Counted from the stretch's first letter, positions 15,507 to 25,638 are shown. The stretch: 64,000 nt of DNA from an uncultured Clostridia bacterium (GCA_947646415.1 CANSGN010000006.1:2431-66430), one strand, 5' to 3'. Numbers and translations: made by a program. Notes: generated from the letters alone by a model not told the origin.

Positions 15507-16406
15507 TTAACCGATTATATCCTTTGTTACAAGCAAACCCTTGCCGCTGCTAAACTCGCCGCCTGCCATTACATAATCTTTGGTTAAAGCTTGTAAGCTC
15601 GACTTTATATCATATTTAGAAAGGTCGTAATAGTATCCAAGCTTCTTCTTGTTTTTAGCAAACACTTTTTCATCTTGAATAATATCGTATATCCAACGGA
15701 AATGTTGCTCTGCCCCAGCACTTTCGTCAACCAACTTAAACATATTGGCAAACTTTGCGATATTACTGTCCTTTGCCATAAACTTCGCATTTTTAGGACT
15801 TAATAACCAACTATGACACATCATAACATCCGTAGGGATATTTTTAAAAATATCGCCCAATGTATCAACCGCTAAAGTAATTGATTTTTTGCAGCTTACG
15901 CTGTCCAACTTTGCCCCTCTAGGTATATGGATATTGTAAATTGCATCCCCGTATTTTATTGTTTTACCTGCAACTTCCGTAGCTTTTGAAAAATAGTACT
16001 TGCTAATTTGATATTGCAGTCTGCCGATTTTAAAAATTTCGCAATTAAAATGCAAATGCAACCAATTTATTTCGGTAAGACCGATTTGACCATTATTATG
16101 ACTGCGATAATCTTCTCCCCATATCTTAATATCCGACATTGTATCGTAAAATACGCTTTCGCTAAGTCCCATTCGTATAAACTTGTCATATATCGGCTTT
16201 AAACTTAATGCAAGTGTAGACAAAATAAAAATAGGAGGCATACCTTCAAGCTTAGACCATTTATCGTCCAATAACGCTTCGCTATACTTAAGCAATTTTT
16301 TACTGTCATCTTGTATTTGCTCTTTAACCGCACTAAGCACAGTTTCGTCATTGTAAATTTGTTTAAACAACACCCAATTAGCTCTTATATAATCGTTAAT
16401 TTCCAT
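15507..16406 (-). CDS. uncharacterised protein (resembles the N-acyltransferase-domain / DUF5596-like family), translationally abutting thiE
   Basis: About 299 aa. Start at ATG 16406 (AAAGGAG 5 nt upstream). No motif I can assign with certainty. Stop is 1 nt from the thiE start. Confidence 0.45.
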   Translation of the reverse strand: MEINDYIRANWVLFKQIYNDETVLSAVKEQIQDDSKKLLKYSEALLDDKWSKLEGMPPIFILSTLALSLKPIYDKFIRMGLSESVFYDTMSDIKIWGEDYRSHNNGQIGLTEINWLHLHFNCEIFKIGRLQYQISKYYFSKATEVAGKTIKYGDAIYNIHIPRGAKLDSVSCKKSITLAVDTLGDIFKNIPTDVMMCHSWLLSPKNAKFMAKDSNIAKFANMFKLVDESAGAEQHFRWIYDIIQDEKVFAKNKKKLGYYYDLSKYDIKSSLQALTKDYVMAGGEFSSGKGLLVTKDIIG

Positions 16407-16610
16407 ACCTACTCCTTTCATTAAACTATATATTTAATATATCATATTTTTGTGTCAAATTCAACTGTAATTTGTCGTTTAATACAAAATACGCAATTTT
16501 TTAAAAAAATGACCATAAAATTTAAAATTGTAAGTTTGTTTTAGTCGATTTTTATATTTTTTAATATATAAAAATAATCACAAATAATATTTTTAGATAT
16601 TATTAGTTAT

Positions 16611-16640
16611 AAAAAAATACACCCTGCTTTAACAGGGCAT
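16611..16640 (-). terminator. terminator of lipoprotein gene
   Basis: Minus strand GCCCTG-TTAAAG-CAGGGTG followed by TATTTTTTT. Confidence 0.75.
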
Positions 16641-16659
16641 ATTAATCTTTATTTAAATA

Positions 16660-17433
16660 TTATTTCTTAGGATTCAAATATTTATTCAAAGCGTCTTTTG
16701 CACCGCTTGTAATGGTAATTTTTTCATTTAAATCAAATCTTGAACTTCCGATAACTTTTCCTTCGCCATCTGTCAACTCGCAAACCAATTCGCCTGACTT
16801 AACTTTTAAAGTTAATGTACCTTTTTCCTTGTCATTTGCAACATATTTGCCACCCTCTTTTGTATAATTAGCGTCAAAAGTTTCTGCAATTTCCTTATTG
16901 GTTTTTTCTTGATTTTCAATCATATTTTTAATATATTGGAACATACCGATTTCGTCTTTGTCTGCCTCAACATTCTCTTTAGTATCTTGAATTGCAGTCC
17001 ATTGACCTTTTTTAATGATTTTATCGGAAGTTTCACTTTCCTTACCCCATACAAGCTCATATTTATAAATATTGTACTTACCGTCTTTTAGCTCATAAAT
17101 AATAGCGCCTGTAGGTGTGATTGTATCTGTAGTAGCATCTTTACCATCTTTTTTGATATTGGTAATTTCCACAGCTTTCAACATATATGTATCGCCACTT
17201 TTTGTATAAGATAACTCTTTTGTGGTTTTACCTTCTTTTTTCTCAAAAACACCTTCGCTTGTTTCTACTTGAACATAATCCAAATAATCAATAATAGTTA
17301 TACTTTTGTTTTTGCTGTCATTCCATTTAAGCATATAATCACTTGGCTTGCTTGGAGTACAACCGATTAGCAACATACAGCTTGTTAATACGATTAAAGC
17401 AACTGCCAAAACTAAAGTTATTTTCTTCTTCAT
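16660..17433 (-). CDS. lipoprotein, function unknown
   Basis: MKKKITLVLAVALIVLTSCMLLIGC|TPS lipobox. Lys/Glu-rich mature part. GGAGG RBS before ATG 17433. Confidence 0.75.
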   Translation of the reverse strand: MKKKITLVLAVALIVLTSCMLLIGCTPSKPSDYMLKWNDSKNKSITIIDYLDYVQVETSEGVFEKKEGKTTKELSYTKSGDTYMLKAVEITNIKKDGKDATTDTITPTGAIIYELKDGKYNIYKYELVWGKESETSDKIIKKGQWTAIQDTKENVEADKDEIGMFQYIKNMIENQEKTNKEIAETFDANYTKEGGKYVANDKEKGTLTLKVKSGELVCELTDGEGKVIGSSRFDLNEKITITSGAKDALNKYLNPKK

Positions 17434-17663
17434 ATTTTCCTCCAACTCAAAAGTCTACATTCATTATATACCTTTTTTAATAAATATTATTAAAAATATT
17501 AAAACTTTAAAATAAATTTACATAAATTACATAAAACCACTTATATTTTACACACGCGCATAAATAAAATCTAATAGATAGCAATTAATTGGCTAATCTC
17601 AACCACTTAAAATTGTATTAAACGTATAATTATACATGTTGTTAGAGTATTTACTTTTTGTAA

Positions 17664-17693
17664 ATAAAAACACCCCTTGTAACAAGGAGTGTT
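17664..17693 (-). terminator. terminator of lipoprotein gene
   Basis: Minus strand ACACTCCTTG-TTA-CAAGGGGTGT followed by TTTTATTT. Confidence 0.75.
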
Positions 17694-17715
17694 TGTTATT
17701 TATAAAAGTTAATTA

Positions 17716-18288
17716 TTATTTCAAAGCTGCTTTTGCTTCTGAAGGGATGTTGATTTTATAGTTTAAAATCATTGTTGTTGCTTCAACGCCAGCAATTTTA
17801 ACTTTAAGCTCATTACCATCAACTTTCATTGCACCTGTTAAGCCTGTTGGGTCAGCTTTCAAAGACCACCAACCATCTTTTTCTTCATAAAGTTCAGTGA
17901 ACTTTTCTTGAAGTTTCTCTGCAGTTTCTTTAGCTTCATCACTATTCAACATTTCCTTAATTTGCTCATAATATTTACCATTTGCATCATCCTTAGCTTT
18001 TTCAACTGTAATTGAAGATGCTGTCCAAGTCTCACCTGTCTTTACATACATGTTCAAATCAGAACCTTTCTCTTCAAAAATTACAAGTAGGTTATCGCTT
18101 ATTTTTGCTTGCAATTTTGAACCATCAATACCGAACTCCATAGTACCAACAACTGCTGCTTTATGCTTACTTGTAAGCCAAGCACCCGCGAACTTATCAG
18201 GTCTGTTTGGAACACATCCAACAAGACAAGCGCATGCTGTGATTGCAACTAAAATAACTGCTACAACTAAAACTAACTTCTTTTTCAT
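17716..18288 (-). CDS. lipoprotein, function unknown
   Basis: MKKKLVLVVAVILVAITACACLVGC|VPN lipobox. Start at ATG 18288 (GGAGGC RBS) rather than 18345. Confidence 0.75.
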   Translation of the reverse strand: MKKKLVLVVAVILVAITACACLVGCVPNRPDKFAGAWLTSKHKAAVVGTMEFGIDGSKLQAKISDNLLVIFEEKGSDLNMYVKTGETWTASSITVEKAKDDANGKYYEQIKEMLNSDEAKETAEKLQEKFTELYEEKDGWWSLKADPTGLTGAMKVDGNELKVKIAGVEATTMILNYKINIPSEAKAALK

Positions 18289-18449
18289 ATTTTGCCTCCA
18301 TAAATAAATTATATTTATACATACATTATATAACAAAAATGCCAATTTGGATAGAAATTTTGCATAAAACTAACAATTTTTTATTTTGATTTTACATTAC
18401 TGCATATAAATTACACATAAAATTTGTTTGTGTGTATGGGAGCAATTTT

Positions 18450-19268
18450 TTATAGTAAATTTTCGGCTAAATCAATAAAATCTTGCACATTTAGCACTTC
18501 TCCGCGAATACGGACATCTTTGCCTAAGTTTTGCAAAGTGTTTTCGATTACATCCCTACTCGCCCCTAGTGCCATAAGGTTATTTACTAAGGTTTTTCTT
18601 CTCATAGCAAAGGCTGCTTTTATGATTTGTTTTACCTTTTCCTTATTGCAATTATATTTATTATCGCAAATATCAAGCCTTATCACACTGCTATCCACTT
18701 TAGGCACGGGGTAAAAATTATTTTTTCCGACAATACGCGTGATTTTAGTGTTAGCATAAAGCTCTACTGCAGCCGTTATCGCACCATAGTCGGCTGTTCC
18801 CGCTTTTGCAGTCAGCCTTTCGGCAACTTCCTTTTGAATCATTATTGTAAGTGACTGTGGTTTAAAATCGCCCTCCAAAAACCTCATAATAATTGGAGTT
18901 GTGATATAGTAAGGTAAATTTGCAACCACTTTGTATTGTTCTCCTACTATTTCCTTAAGCTCATTATCCGTAACTTTCATTATATCGCGAAAAACTACTT
19001 GAACATTTTCCACACCGCTCAATGTTACATCCAAAACATCTTTTAAATTTCTGTCAATCTCAAAAGAAATCACTTTTTTTGCGACTTTTGCAATAGCTTT
19101 TGTCAATGTGCCGGCACCTGTGCCGATTTCCACAACAACATCGTCTGCTGTTACACCGCTATCCGCAACTATTGCATCCAACAAGTTATTATCCGTAATA
19201 AAATTTTGTCCAAACTGTTTGTTAAAGACAAAATTTTTATCCTTTAAAATATCCGCTATATTACTCAT
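18450..19268 (-). CDS. rsmA: 16S rRNA (adenine1518/1519-N6)-dimethyltransferase
   Basis: MSNIADILKDKNFVFNKQFGQNFI..., SAM motif VVEIGTGAGTLT, NLPYYITTPI. Start at 19268 (ATGA overlap with the upstream gene). Confidence 0.92.
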   Translation of the reverse strand: MSNIADILKDKNFVFNKQFGQNFITDNNLLDAIVADSGVTADDVVVEIGTGAGTLTKAIAKVAKKVISFEIDRNLKDVLDVTLSGVENVQVVFRDIMKVTDNELKEIVGEQYKVVANLPYYITTPIIMRFLEGDFKPQSLTIMIQKEVAERLTAKAGTADYGAITAAVELYANTKITRIVGKNNFYPVPKVDSSVIRLDICDNKYNCNKEKVKQIIKAAFAMRRKTLVNNLMALGASRDVIENTLQNLGKDVRIRGEVLNVQDFIDLAENLL

Positions 19269-19861
19269 TTGATTTCCTCTCGTACACGAAATTTGCAGCC
19301 AACGTCTTTTGCAATTTGTTCCGCCTGTGCGATTTCTTCCTTTGAAATGCAGTCTACAACGCTCATAGTGGTATCCACACCATGCTGTAAGCATTTTTTT
19401 GCAAAATCTTGCAACTCAAAAAAAGCTTGCTCGCCGTATATAGATATACAATCCTCTTGATATCTTTTACTGCTACCGTTGTTTAAACTTATATTAACTT
19501 TGTCAATATAATCGGCTAACTCTTGTGTTATATCGTATCCGTTAATCAAATTGCCTTGTCCGTTTGTATTTAACCTAGTGATTTTATTTAAAGAATGTGC
19601 AAAACCTGCAACTTCTTTTATGACCGCCCACTTATAAGTAGGCTCTCCGAAACCGCAAAAAACCACTTCATCAAATTCTTGAGTATCATAGCCTTTCAAA
19701 CTTTGGATTATTTCGGCTGCCGTAGGCTCTTTTTCCAACCACAAATAATATCCGCTCACACCCGAAATCCTGTTCCTTTCGCAAAAAGTGCAATCGTTAC
19801 TGCATTTATTTGTAAGGTTGATATAAACCCCACGCCCTATTTGATATGTTATTGTATCCAT
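19265..19861 (-). CDS. radical SAM protein of the TatD-associated family
   Basis: 198 aa. CSNDCTFC (CxxxCxxC) near the N-terminus and a FCGFGEP block. Sits immediately downstream of tatD. Confidence 0.75.
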   Translation of the reverse strand: MDTITYQIGRGVYINLTNKCSNDCTFCERNRISGVSGYYLWLEKEPTAAEIIQSLKGYDTQEFDEVVFCGFGEPTYKWAVIKEVAGFAHSLNKITRLNTNGQGNLINGYDITQELADYIDKVNISLNNGSSKRYQEDCISIYGEQAFFELQDFAKKCLQHGVDTTMSVVDCISKEEIAQAEQIAKDVGCKFRVREEIK

Positions 19862-19947
19862 TTTATCATCCTTATTAAAATACTAATACCGTATATGATT
19901 TGCAACCAAATCTATTTACTAAAAAAACTGAAAGCAAACGCTCAAAA

Positions 19948-20712
19948 CTATTTTATATTATAAAACCTTTTAGTGTTTTCGGTTGTTATTTTTGCAATTT
20001 CATCGTAAGACATGTCTAAATCCAAAGCCATTCTTTTCGCCACAAACTTTAAATTATTAGGGGTATTAATCTCTCCCCTGTGTGGTACAGGCGTAAGGTA
20101 TGGGCAATCAGTCTCAAGCATAAGCCTATCTTTTTTTACCGTTTTTATCACTTCTGCACGATTATTGTTTTTAAAGGTAATTGCACCGCCAAATGCGTAA
20201 TACGGGTCTAAAAATGCAAACCTGTCAATCATCTCGCGACTGCCCGAATAACAATGAAAAAGTATGCCGTTGTTTATATACTTTTTGTATTCCTTTAATA
20301 TGTTTTCCATATCCAAATAAGCATCTCGCAAATGTATTATAACAGGCAAATTTAAGCTGTCTGCCAAGATAATTTGTTTAATTAGTAGCGATTTTTGAGC
20401 GGTTTTATCATAATCGTAGTGATAATCTAGCCCAATTTCGCCAATAGCCACAACTTTATTGTTTTTTGCGAGCATCGCAATTTCCTTTAAATCATCATCG
20501 CTAAAACTCTCCGCACTTTCTGGGTGCAAACCTACCGCGGCATAGATATTTTTGTAGCTATCCGCAAGCTTTACAGCACCTCTGGAAGATTCCATATCCG
20601 CACCAATTTCCACACTCATTTCCACATCGTTTTTTGCAAAGTCCGCAACAATGGCAGGAATATTATCTTTAAGTCTTTCATCAAGCAAATGCGCATGCGA
20701 ATCGATAAGCAT
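19948..20712 (-). CDS. tatD: TatD-family metal-dependent hydrolase/DNase
   Basis: MLIDSHAHL..., GEIGLDYHY, PVIIHLRDA, FHCYSGS, LETDCPYL. Confidence 0.9.
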   Translation of the reverse strand: MLIDSHAHLLDERLKDNIPAIVADFAKNDVEMSVEIGADMESSRGAVKLADSYKNIYAAVGLHPESAESFSDDDLKEIAMLAKNNKVVAIGEIGLDYHYDYDKTAQKSLLIKQIILADSLNLPVIIHLRDAYLDMENILKEYKKYINNGILFHCYSGSREMIDRFAFLDPYYAFGGAITFKNNNRAEVIKTVKKDRLMLETDCPYLTPVPHRGEINTPNNLKFVAKRMALDLDMSYDEIAKITTENTKRFYNIK

Positions 20713-20713
20713 A

Positions 20714-22678
20714 TTACCTAACCTCGCTGCCTGCTTTAATATCGCTTATAGGTGCAACTATGCTCAAATTGTCATTGTCATCGCTTGCACAAAGTATCAT
20801 ACCCTCGCTTAGTATGCCGCGTAATTTAACAGGTTTTAAGTTGCTTACTACAACTATGCTTTTGCCTACCATATCCTCAGGAGTATACCATTTTGCAATT
20901 CCGCTGACGATTGTTCTTGTTTTTTCCTCACCCAAATCAACGGTCAATTTTAATAGTTTGTCCGCTTTTTCCACCTTTTCAGCTGCCAAAACTTTGCCTA
21001 CTCTTAAAGCAATTTTTGCAAAATCTTCAATGGTTATCTCATTTATATTTACGACATTTTCTTGCATTTTTTTATCTTCCTTTTTCTGCTGTGCTGCTTT
21101 TTGATTAGCTTGGGCTATTTTGTCCAACTCTTTTAGTTCTTTTTCAATATCTATACGTTTAAACAACGCTTCGCCCTTTGCGACTTTCAAACCATCAATT
21201 TTTGCTCCGAAAGTTTTAATAGAGTCAAATGTCATTAAGTTTTTGTCCGCAATGCCCAATTTTTCAAAAATCTTTGCAGGGCAACCTGTCAAAAATGCTT
21301 GCAACAATACATTTGCAAACCTTATGCTCTCGCATAGATTATACATTACGGTAGCAAGTGTTCCGCGTTTTGACTCGTCTTTTGCAAGTATCCAAGGACA
21401 CGTTTCGTCTATATATTTATTTGCACGACGAATGATAGTCCAAATGTTATCAATAGCCTCGGGTATTAAAAGATTATCTACATTTGCACTCATTTTATCA
21501 AGTGCGCCTGTTGCGACCTCAATCAAACTGCTATCGAACTCGGTTGCAGTTTGCGGCGCGGGGATAATTCCTCCAAAATATTGTTCAACCATTGCAGTTG
21601 TTCTTGAAACCAAATTACCCAAGTCATTTACCAAATCGCTGTTTATTCTTGTCAAAAAGGCTTTGTTTGAATACATTCCGTCTTGACCGAAAGGTATTTC
21701 TCTTAAAAGATAATATCTTACCGCATCAACGGAATATCTTTCGCTAAGCAAAAACGGGTCGATTATATTGCCTTTACTTTTGCTTATTTTATCACTATCT
21801 AGCATCAACCAACCATGTCCGTAAACTTTTTTAGGCAATGGCAAATCAAGTGCCATTAAAATTGCAGGCCAAATAATGCTGTGGAAACGTACAATTTCCT
21901 TACCAATCATGTGCAAATCAGCAGGCCAATACTTTTTGAACAACTCTTCATTTTCCGAGCCGTAACCCAATGCAGTAATATAGTTGGTTAGTGCATCAAT
22001 CCATACATAAACTACGTGTTTAGGGTCAAAAGGCACTTGCACTCCCCATTGGAAAGATGTTCTTGACACACACAAATCTTGCAACCCCGGTTTTAAAAAG
22101 TTATTTATCATTTCTTTTTGTCTTGTTGCAGGTTGCAAAAAGTCGGTATTTTCCTCGAGCAACTTTATTAGTCTGTCTTGATATTTTGACAAACGGAAGA
22201 AGTAGCTTTCTTCTTTCATCAATTCTACAGGCCTGCCGCAATCAGGACATTTGCCGTCAACAAGTTGGGACTCCGTCCAAAAAGACTCACAAGGCGTGCA
22301 ATACAATCCCTCGTAAGAACTTTTGTAAATATCCCCTTGCTCATAAAGTTTGGTAAATATTTTTTGTACCGCTTTTTCGTGATAATCATCGGTAGTACGT
22401 ATAAATTTATCGTAGCTAATATCAAGCAATTTCCACAAATCTTTCAAATCGCCTACAACTTTGTCTATATATTCCTTAGTAGGGGTATTATGCTCTGCCG
22501 CTACCTTTTCGATTTTTTGACCGTGCTCGTCAGTTCCTGTCAAATAAAAAACGTCTTTACCTTGCATTCGTTTAAATCTTGCGATTGCATCGCAAATTAC
22601 AGTTGTGTAGCAAGTCCCCAAATGCCACTTACCGCTAGGGTAATAAATAGGGGTAGTAATATAATATTTATCTGACAT
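20714..22678 (-). CDS. metG: methionine--tRNA ligase with C-terminal tRNA-binding (EMAP/Trbp111-like) domain
   Basis: YYITTPIYYPSGKWHLGT (HIGH-type), zinc knuckle CTPCE...CPDCG, KISKSKG (KMSKS), C-terminal VGKVLAAEKVEKADKLLKLTVDLGE. Start at ATG 22678 (AAGGAG RBS). Confidence 0.95.
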   Translation of the reverse strand: MSDKYYITTPIYYPSGKWHLGTCYTTVICDAIARFKRMQGKDVFYLTGTDEHGQKIEKVAAEHNTPTKEYIDKVVGDLKDLWKLLDISYDKFIRTTDDYHEKAVQKIFTKLYEQGDIYKSSYEGLYCTPCESFWTESQLVDGKCPDCGRPVELMKEESYFFRLSKYQDRLIKLLEENTDFLQPATRQKEMINNFLKPGLQDLCVSRTSFQWGVQVPFDPKHVVYVWIDALTNYITALGYGSENEELFKKYWPADLHMIGKEIVRFHSIIWPAILMALDLPLPKKVYGHGWLMLDSDKISKSKGNIIDPFLLSERYSVDAVRYYLLREIPFGQDGMYSNKAFLTRINSDLVNDLGNLVSRTTAMVEQYFGGIIPAPQTATEFDSSLIEVATGALDKMSANVDNLLIPEAIDNIWTIIRRANKYIDETCPWILAKDESKRGTLATVMYNLCESIRFANVLLQAFLTGCPAKIFEKLGIADKNLMTFDSIKTFGAKIDGLKVAKGEALFKRIDIEKELKELDKIAQANQKAAQQKKEDKKMQENVVNINEITIEDFAKIALRVGKVLAAEKVEKADKLLKLTVDLGEEKTRTIVSGIAKWYTPEDMVGKSIVVVSNLKPVKLRGILSEGMILCASDDNDNLSIVAPISDIKAGSEVR

Positions 22679-22899
22679 ATATATCTCCTTCGCTATACGA
22701 ATGAGTATAGCTTTAGTTATTTTTTTGTTTTTCATATTGCAAGCTATTTTTTACAGGCAAAAATTGCTTATTTGACATTTTAATAGCTGCTATACTTTTC
22801 TATTTTAACACCTAATAATAAAAAAGTAAATAGTTTTAATGTCATTTAAAAGTCGCTTTGATTATATTTTTAAATTTTTTTATATTTTTATAATATAAC

Positions 22900-22928
22900 T
22901 TGATAAATACATATAATTATGCTATTAT
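22900..22928 (+). promoter_or_regulatory. mscL promoter (TTGATA-17-TATTAT)
   Basis: Hexamers at 22900-22905 and 22923-22928. Confidence 0.55.
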
Positions 22929-22957
22929 TATACTAAGCAAAACCTAAGGAGAATTTT

Positions 22958-23545
22958 ATGAAAAAGTTTTTTAGAGAATTTAAAACGTTTATCACTCGCG
23001 GCAATGTTATGGATATGGCAGTCGGTGTTATTATCGGTGGTGCTTTTACTGCAATCGTAACCGCTCTTACCAACAACATAATTCGTCCTTTTATAAATTG
23101 GATAGTTGCTGCTATTGTAGGAAATCCAAATGAGCCTATTTACACTATTCTTAAGGAAGTAAGGGACTCTGCGGGAAATATCGATCTTGCGGCATCTATT
23201 TATATAGATTGGGGTGCTTTAATCGGAGCGATTATCAATTTCCTTTTGATTGCTTTCATTTTGTTCCTAATCATAAAAACACTTAACACTTTTTCCGAAA
23301 ACCAAAAGAAACTTAAAGATGGTATGAACACTCAAAAACAAGCTGTTAAGAAATATAAAGCAGAAGGCCTAAGCAGAAAAGAAGCTATTGCAAAATACAA
23401 AGCAGACTTAAAAGCTCAAGAGGAAGCTAAAGCACAAGCTGAGGCGGAAGCTCAAGAAAAAGCAAGAATCGCACAGGAAGAAAAAGAACTTGCAAACACT
23501 CGTTTGCTTGAAGAAATCAGAGATTTGTTGAAAAATAAAAATTAA
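22958..23545 (+). CDS. mscL: large-conductance mechanosensitive channel with long charged C-terminal extension
   Basis: FKTFITRGNVMDMAVGVIIGGAFTAIVTALTNNIIRP signature. 195 aa, ending in a Lys/Ala/Glu-rich coiled-coil-like tail. Confidence 0.9.
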   Translation: MKKFFREFKTFITRGNVMDMAVGVIIGGAFTAIVTALTNNIIRPFINWIVAAIVGNPNEPIYTILKEVRDSAGNIDLAASIYIDWGALIGAIINFLLIAFILFLIIKTLNTFSENQKKLKDGMNTQKQAVKKYKAEGLSRKEAIAKYKADLKAQEEAKAQAEAEAQEKARIAQEEKELANTRLLEEIRDLLKNKN

Positions 23546-23574
23546 TCAGTTAAAAAACAAAATATAATACATTA

Positions 23575-23610
23575 CCCTGCTAAAAGCATTTGTCATTTGG
23601 CAGGGTTTTT
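23575..23610 (+). terminator. mscL terminator
   Basis: CCCTGC-loop-GCAGGG followed by TTTTTC. Confidence 0.7.
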
Positions 23611-23762
23611 CATAAAAAAATTAAATAAAATATCAAAATTTATAAATGCAAACCTTTATATTTATTTTTATCTCAAAACATTCTATTATTGCCCTGCTAA
23701 AACTTTAACGATAAATTTTTAACAATAAGAATACCCACAAATGCACTATCATAAACTTTACT

Positions 23763-24329
23763 ATGAACTGCATTTTTTTTATTATGACAACAAGCAGTAT
23801 TGCACTTATGATATACAAATCTCCCGAGCTCGTTTTATCATCAATGATTAACGGGGCAAGCTCTGCAGTTACACTTGCAATAAGATTACTTGCAATATAC
23901 AGCGTTTGGATAGCGGTAATGCGTATTATCGAAAAAAGCGGACTTGATAAAAAAGTTGCAAAAGTTTTATCCCCTATCGTAAAAAGACTTTTTAAAGGCG
24001 AATCGGATGAGGCACTAAGCAGTATAAGTATGAACTTTTCCGCAAATATGTTGGGCATAGGCTCGGTTGCAACTCCGCTTGGCATACAGGCGATTGAAAG
24101 GATGGATAAAGGCAGTCTTTATGCAAGCCACAATATAATACTTTTTGTAGTAATAAACTGCACGAGCTTGGAGCTTTTACCATCTACTATTTTGGGCATG
24201 CGAGCAAGTATGGGCAGTGTGAATCCCGCGGATATTATCTTGCCTACCTTATTATCCTCGCTAATATCCACTATTTGCGGTATATGCCTTTGTATGCTCT
24301 TCCGCAAATTCGGCAAAGAAAAGGTGTGA
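23763..24329 (+). CDS. spmA: nucleoside-recognition-domain membrane protein (spore maturation protein A-like)
   Basis: 188-aa polytopic protein. AIRLLAIYSVWIAVMRIIEKSGL and NMLGIGSVATPLG blocks. Paired with a spmB-like gene. Confidence 0.7.
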   Translation: MNCIFFIMTTSSIALMIYKSPELVLSSMINGASSAVTLAIRLLAIYSVWIAVMRIIEKSGLDKKVAKVLSPIVKRLFKGESDEALSSISMNFSANMLGIGSVATPLGIQAIERMDKGSLYASHNIILFVVINCTSLELLPSTILGMRASMGSVNPADIILPTLLSSLISTICGICLCMLFRKFGKEKV

Positions 24330-24330
24330 T

Positions 24331-24837
24331 ATGGCAAATTATATTATTCCCGTTTTATTTATCACAATCTTTGTTTACGCATTGCTCAAAAAAATCCCGT
24401 TGTACACTTGTTTTACCGATGGCATCAAATCCGCGTTAAGACTAGTTGCGGACATTTTTCCATTTATCGCCGCAATTTTTATTGCAGTGGAATTGCTAAA
24501 CATAAGCGGACTTTCCGACTTGCTAACAAACTTAATGTCTCCTGTTTTCGGTTTTTTGGGTATACCCAAGGAACTTACCAAACTTATGATTTTAAGACCT
24601 TTGAGCGGCAACGGCAGTCTTGCCATTTTAGACGAAATATATTTAATGTACGGCGTAGACTCATATATCGCAAGATGCGGCTCAATTATCGCAGGTGCAG
24701 CAGAAACTATTTTTTACATAACAGCAGTATATTTTTCCACCACAAAAATAACAAAATTGAGGTATGCAATACCTGTCTCCTTGATAAGCACAATTATCGG
24801 TGCAATAGTAGGATGCCTACTTTGCAGAGTGCTTTAA
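24331..24837 (+). CDS. spmB: nucleoside-recognition-domain membrane protein (spore maturation protein B-like)
   Basis: 168 aa. LRPLSGNGSLAILDEI block. Starts 2 nt after spmA. Confidence 0.7.
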   Translation: MANYIIPVLFITIFVYALLKKIPLYTCFTDGIKSALRLVADIFPFIAAIFIAVELLNISGLSDLLTNLMSPVFGFLGIPKELTKLMILRPLSGNGSLAILDEIYLMYGVDSYIARCGSIIAGAAETIFYITAVYFSTTKITKLRYAIPVSLISTIIGAIVGCLLCRVL

Positions 24838-24854
24838 ACTTATATTAATCTTCA

Positions 24855-24885
24855 CAAAAAACCGCCTAACAATAGGCGGTTTTTA
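24855..24885. terminator. bidirectional terminator between convergent genes
   Basis: AAAAAACCGCCTA-ACAA-TAGGCGGTTTTT. Confidence 0.8.
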
Positions 24886-24936
24886 CTAGTTAGTATCGAT
24901 TTTCGGCATGTATTTTTTTAATAAAACGCAAAATAC

Positions 24937-25638
24937 TCAATTTTTCTTTTTGTCTACAATAGCAATTTGGTCATTCTTTAAAGCATCTAAAAATGCTTTT
25001 TCGTCTATCCTAAAAATATGTTTTCTGTTTATATTGCACACGACAACGACTTTTTTTTCTATCTTTTCGATATGCAAATCGCCTATGATTTCACCTTGGC
25101 AAACAGGACATTGTTTATCCAAAACAAGTTCAAAAATATGTCCGTCGATAAGTACTTCCGCAGGCTTTTTAAAACCGTATTTTTTGACCGTTATTTCGTT
25201 GTTTTTAAGGTCTTTAATGCCTTTAGTGTTATAAAATCTTTCTACTGCAAAGCCGAAAGCGGATATCATTGCAAACATAAAAATCAGCAAACATATAAAT
25301 GCGACCATAGGTTTCGGGATAAGTAACTTTGCAACAAGCGCACCAACAAAAAATACTATCCCCAACAATATAGAGGCTATTGTAAGCATAATACTTTTTG
25401 AATAAAGCGATTGTTTGTCGCCTACCCTTTTTACACTTATATCGCTTAGCGCCCAAAAAGCACTGTCGACTATATCTTCGTCATAAACGGTTGCCTTTGT
25501 TTCCTGAATTTTGTCGTCAAGAGCAAGTTTGGAGAGTGGTACTTCCTTTTCCTTTTGAGGAATCAAAAAACCACAATACTTACAATATTTATCGTTTTCG
25601 TCAATCATTTGACCGCAATTTTTACACTTTATATCCAT
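24937..25638 (-). CDS. zinc-ribbon membrane protein, function unknown
   Basis: MDIKCKNCGQMIDENDKYCKYCG zinc ribbon, two or three TM helices, and a C-terminal second CPVC...C..H knuckle. Start at ATG 25638 (AAGGA RBS). Confidence 0.6.
   Translation of the reverse strand: MDIKCKNCGQMIDENDKYCKYCGFLIPQKEKEVPLSKLALDDKIQETKATVYDEDIVDSAFWALSDISVKRVGDKQSLYSKSIMLTIASILLGIVFFVGALVAKLLIPKPMVAFICLLIFMFAMISAFGFAVERFYNTKGIKDLKNNEITVKKYGFKKPAEVLIDGHIFELVLDKQCPVCQGEIIGDLHIEKIEKKVVVVCNINRKHIFRIDEKAFLDALKNDQIAIVDKKKN

Noticed and set aside
22679-22957. Possible Met T-box or S-box upstream of metG.
   Set aside because: No T-box or SAM-riboswitch signature was found. The only structure is a short hairpin (GCTATAC-GAATGA-GTATAGC, 22691-22710) next to the RBS, which is too small to call.
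23705-24337. Minus-strand ORFs 23705-24085, 23992-24183 and 24119-24337, antisense to spmA.
   Set aside because: They overlap a polytopic membrane-protein gene on the plus strand. They have no RBS and no recognisable domain.
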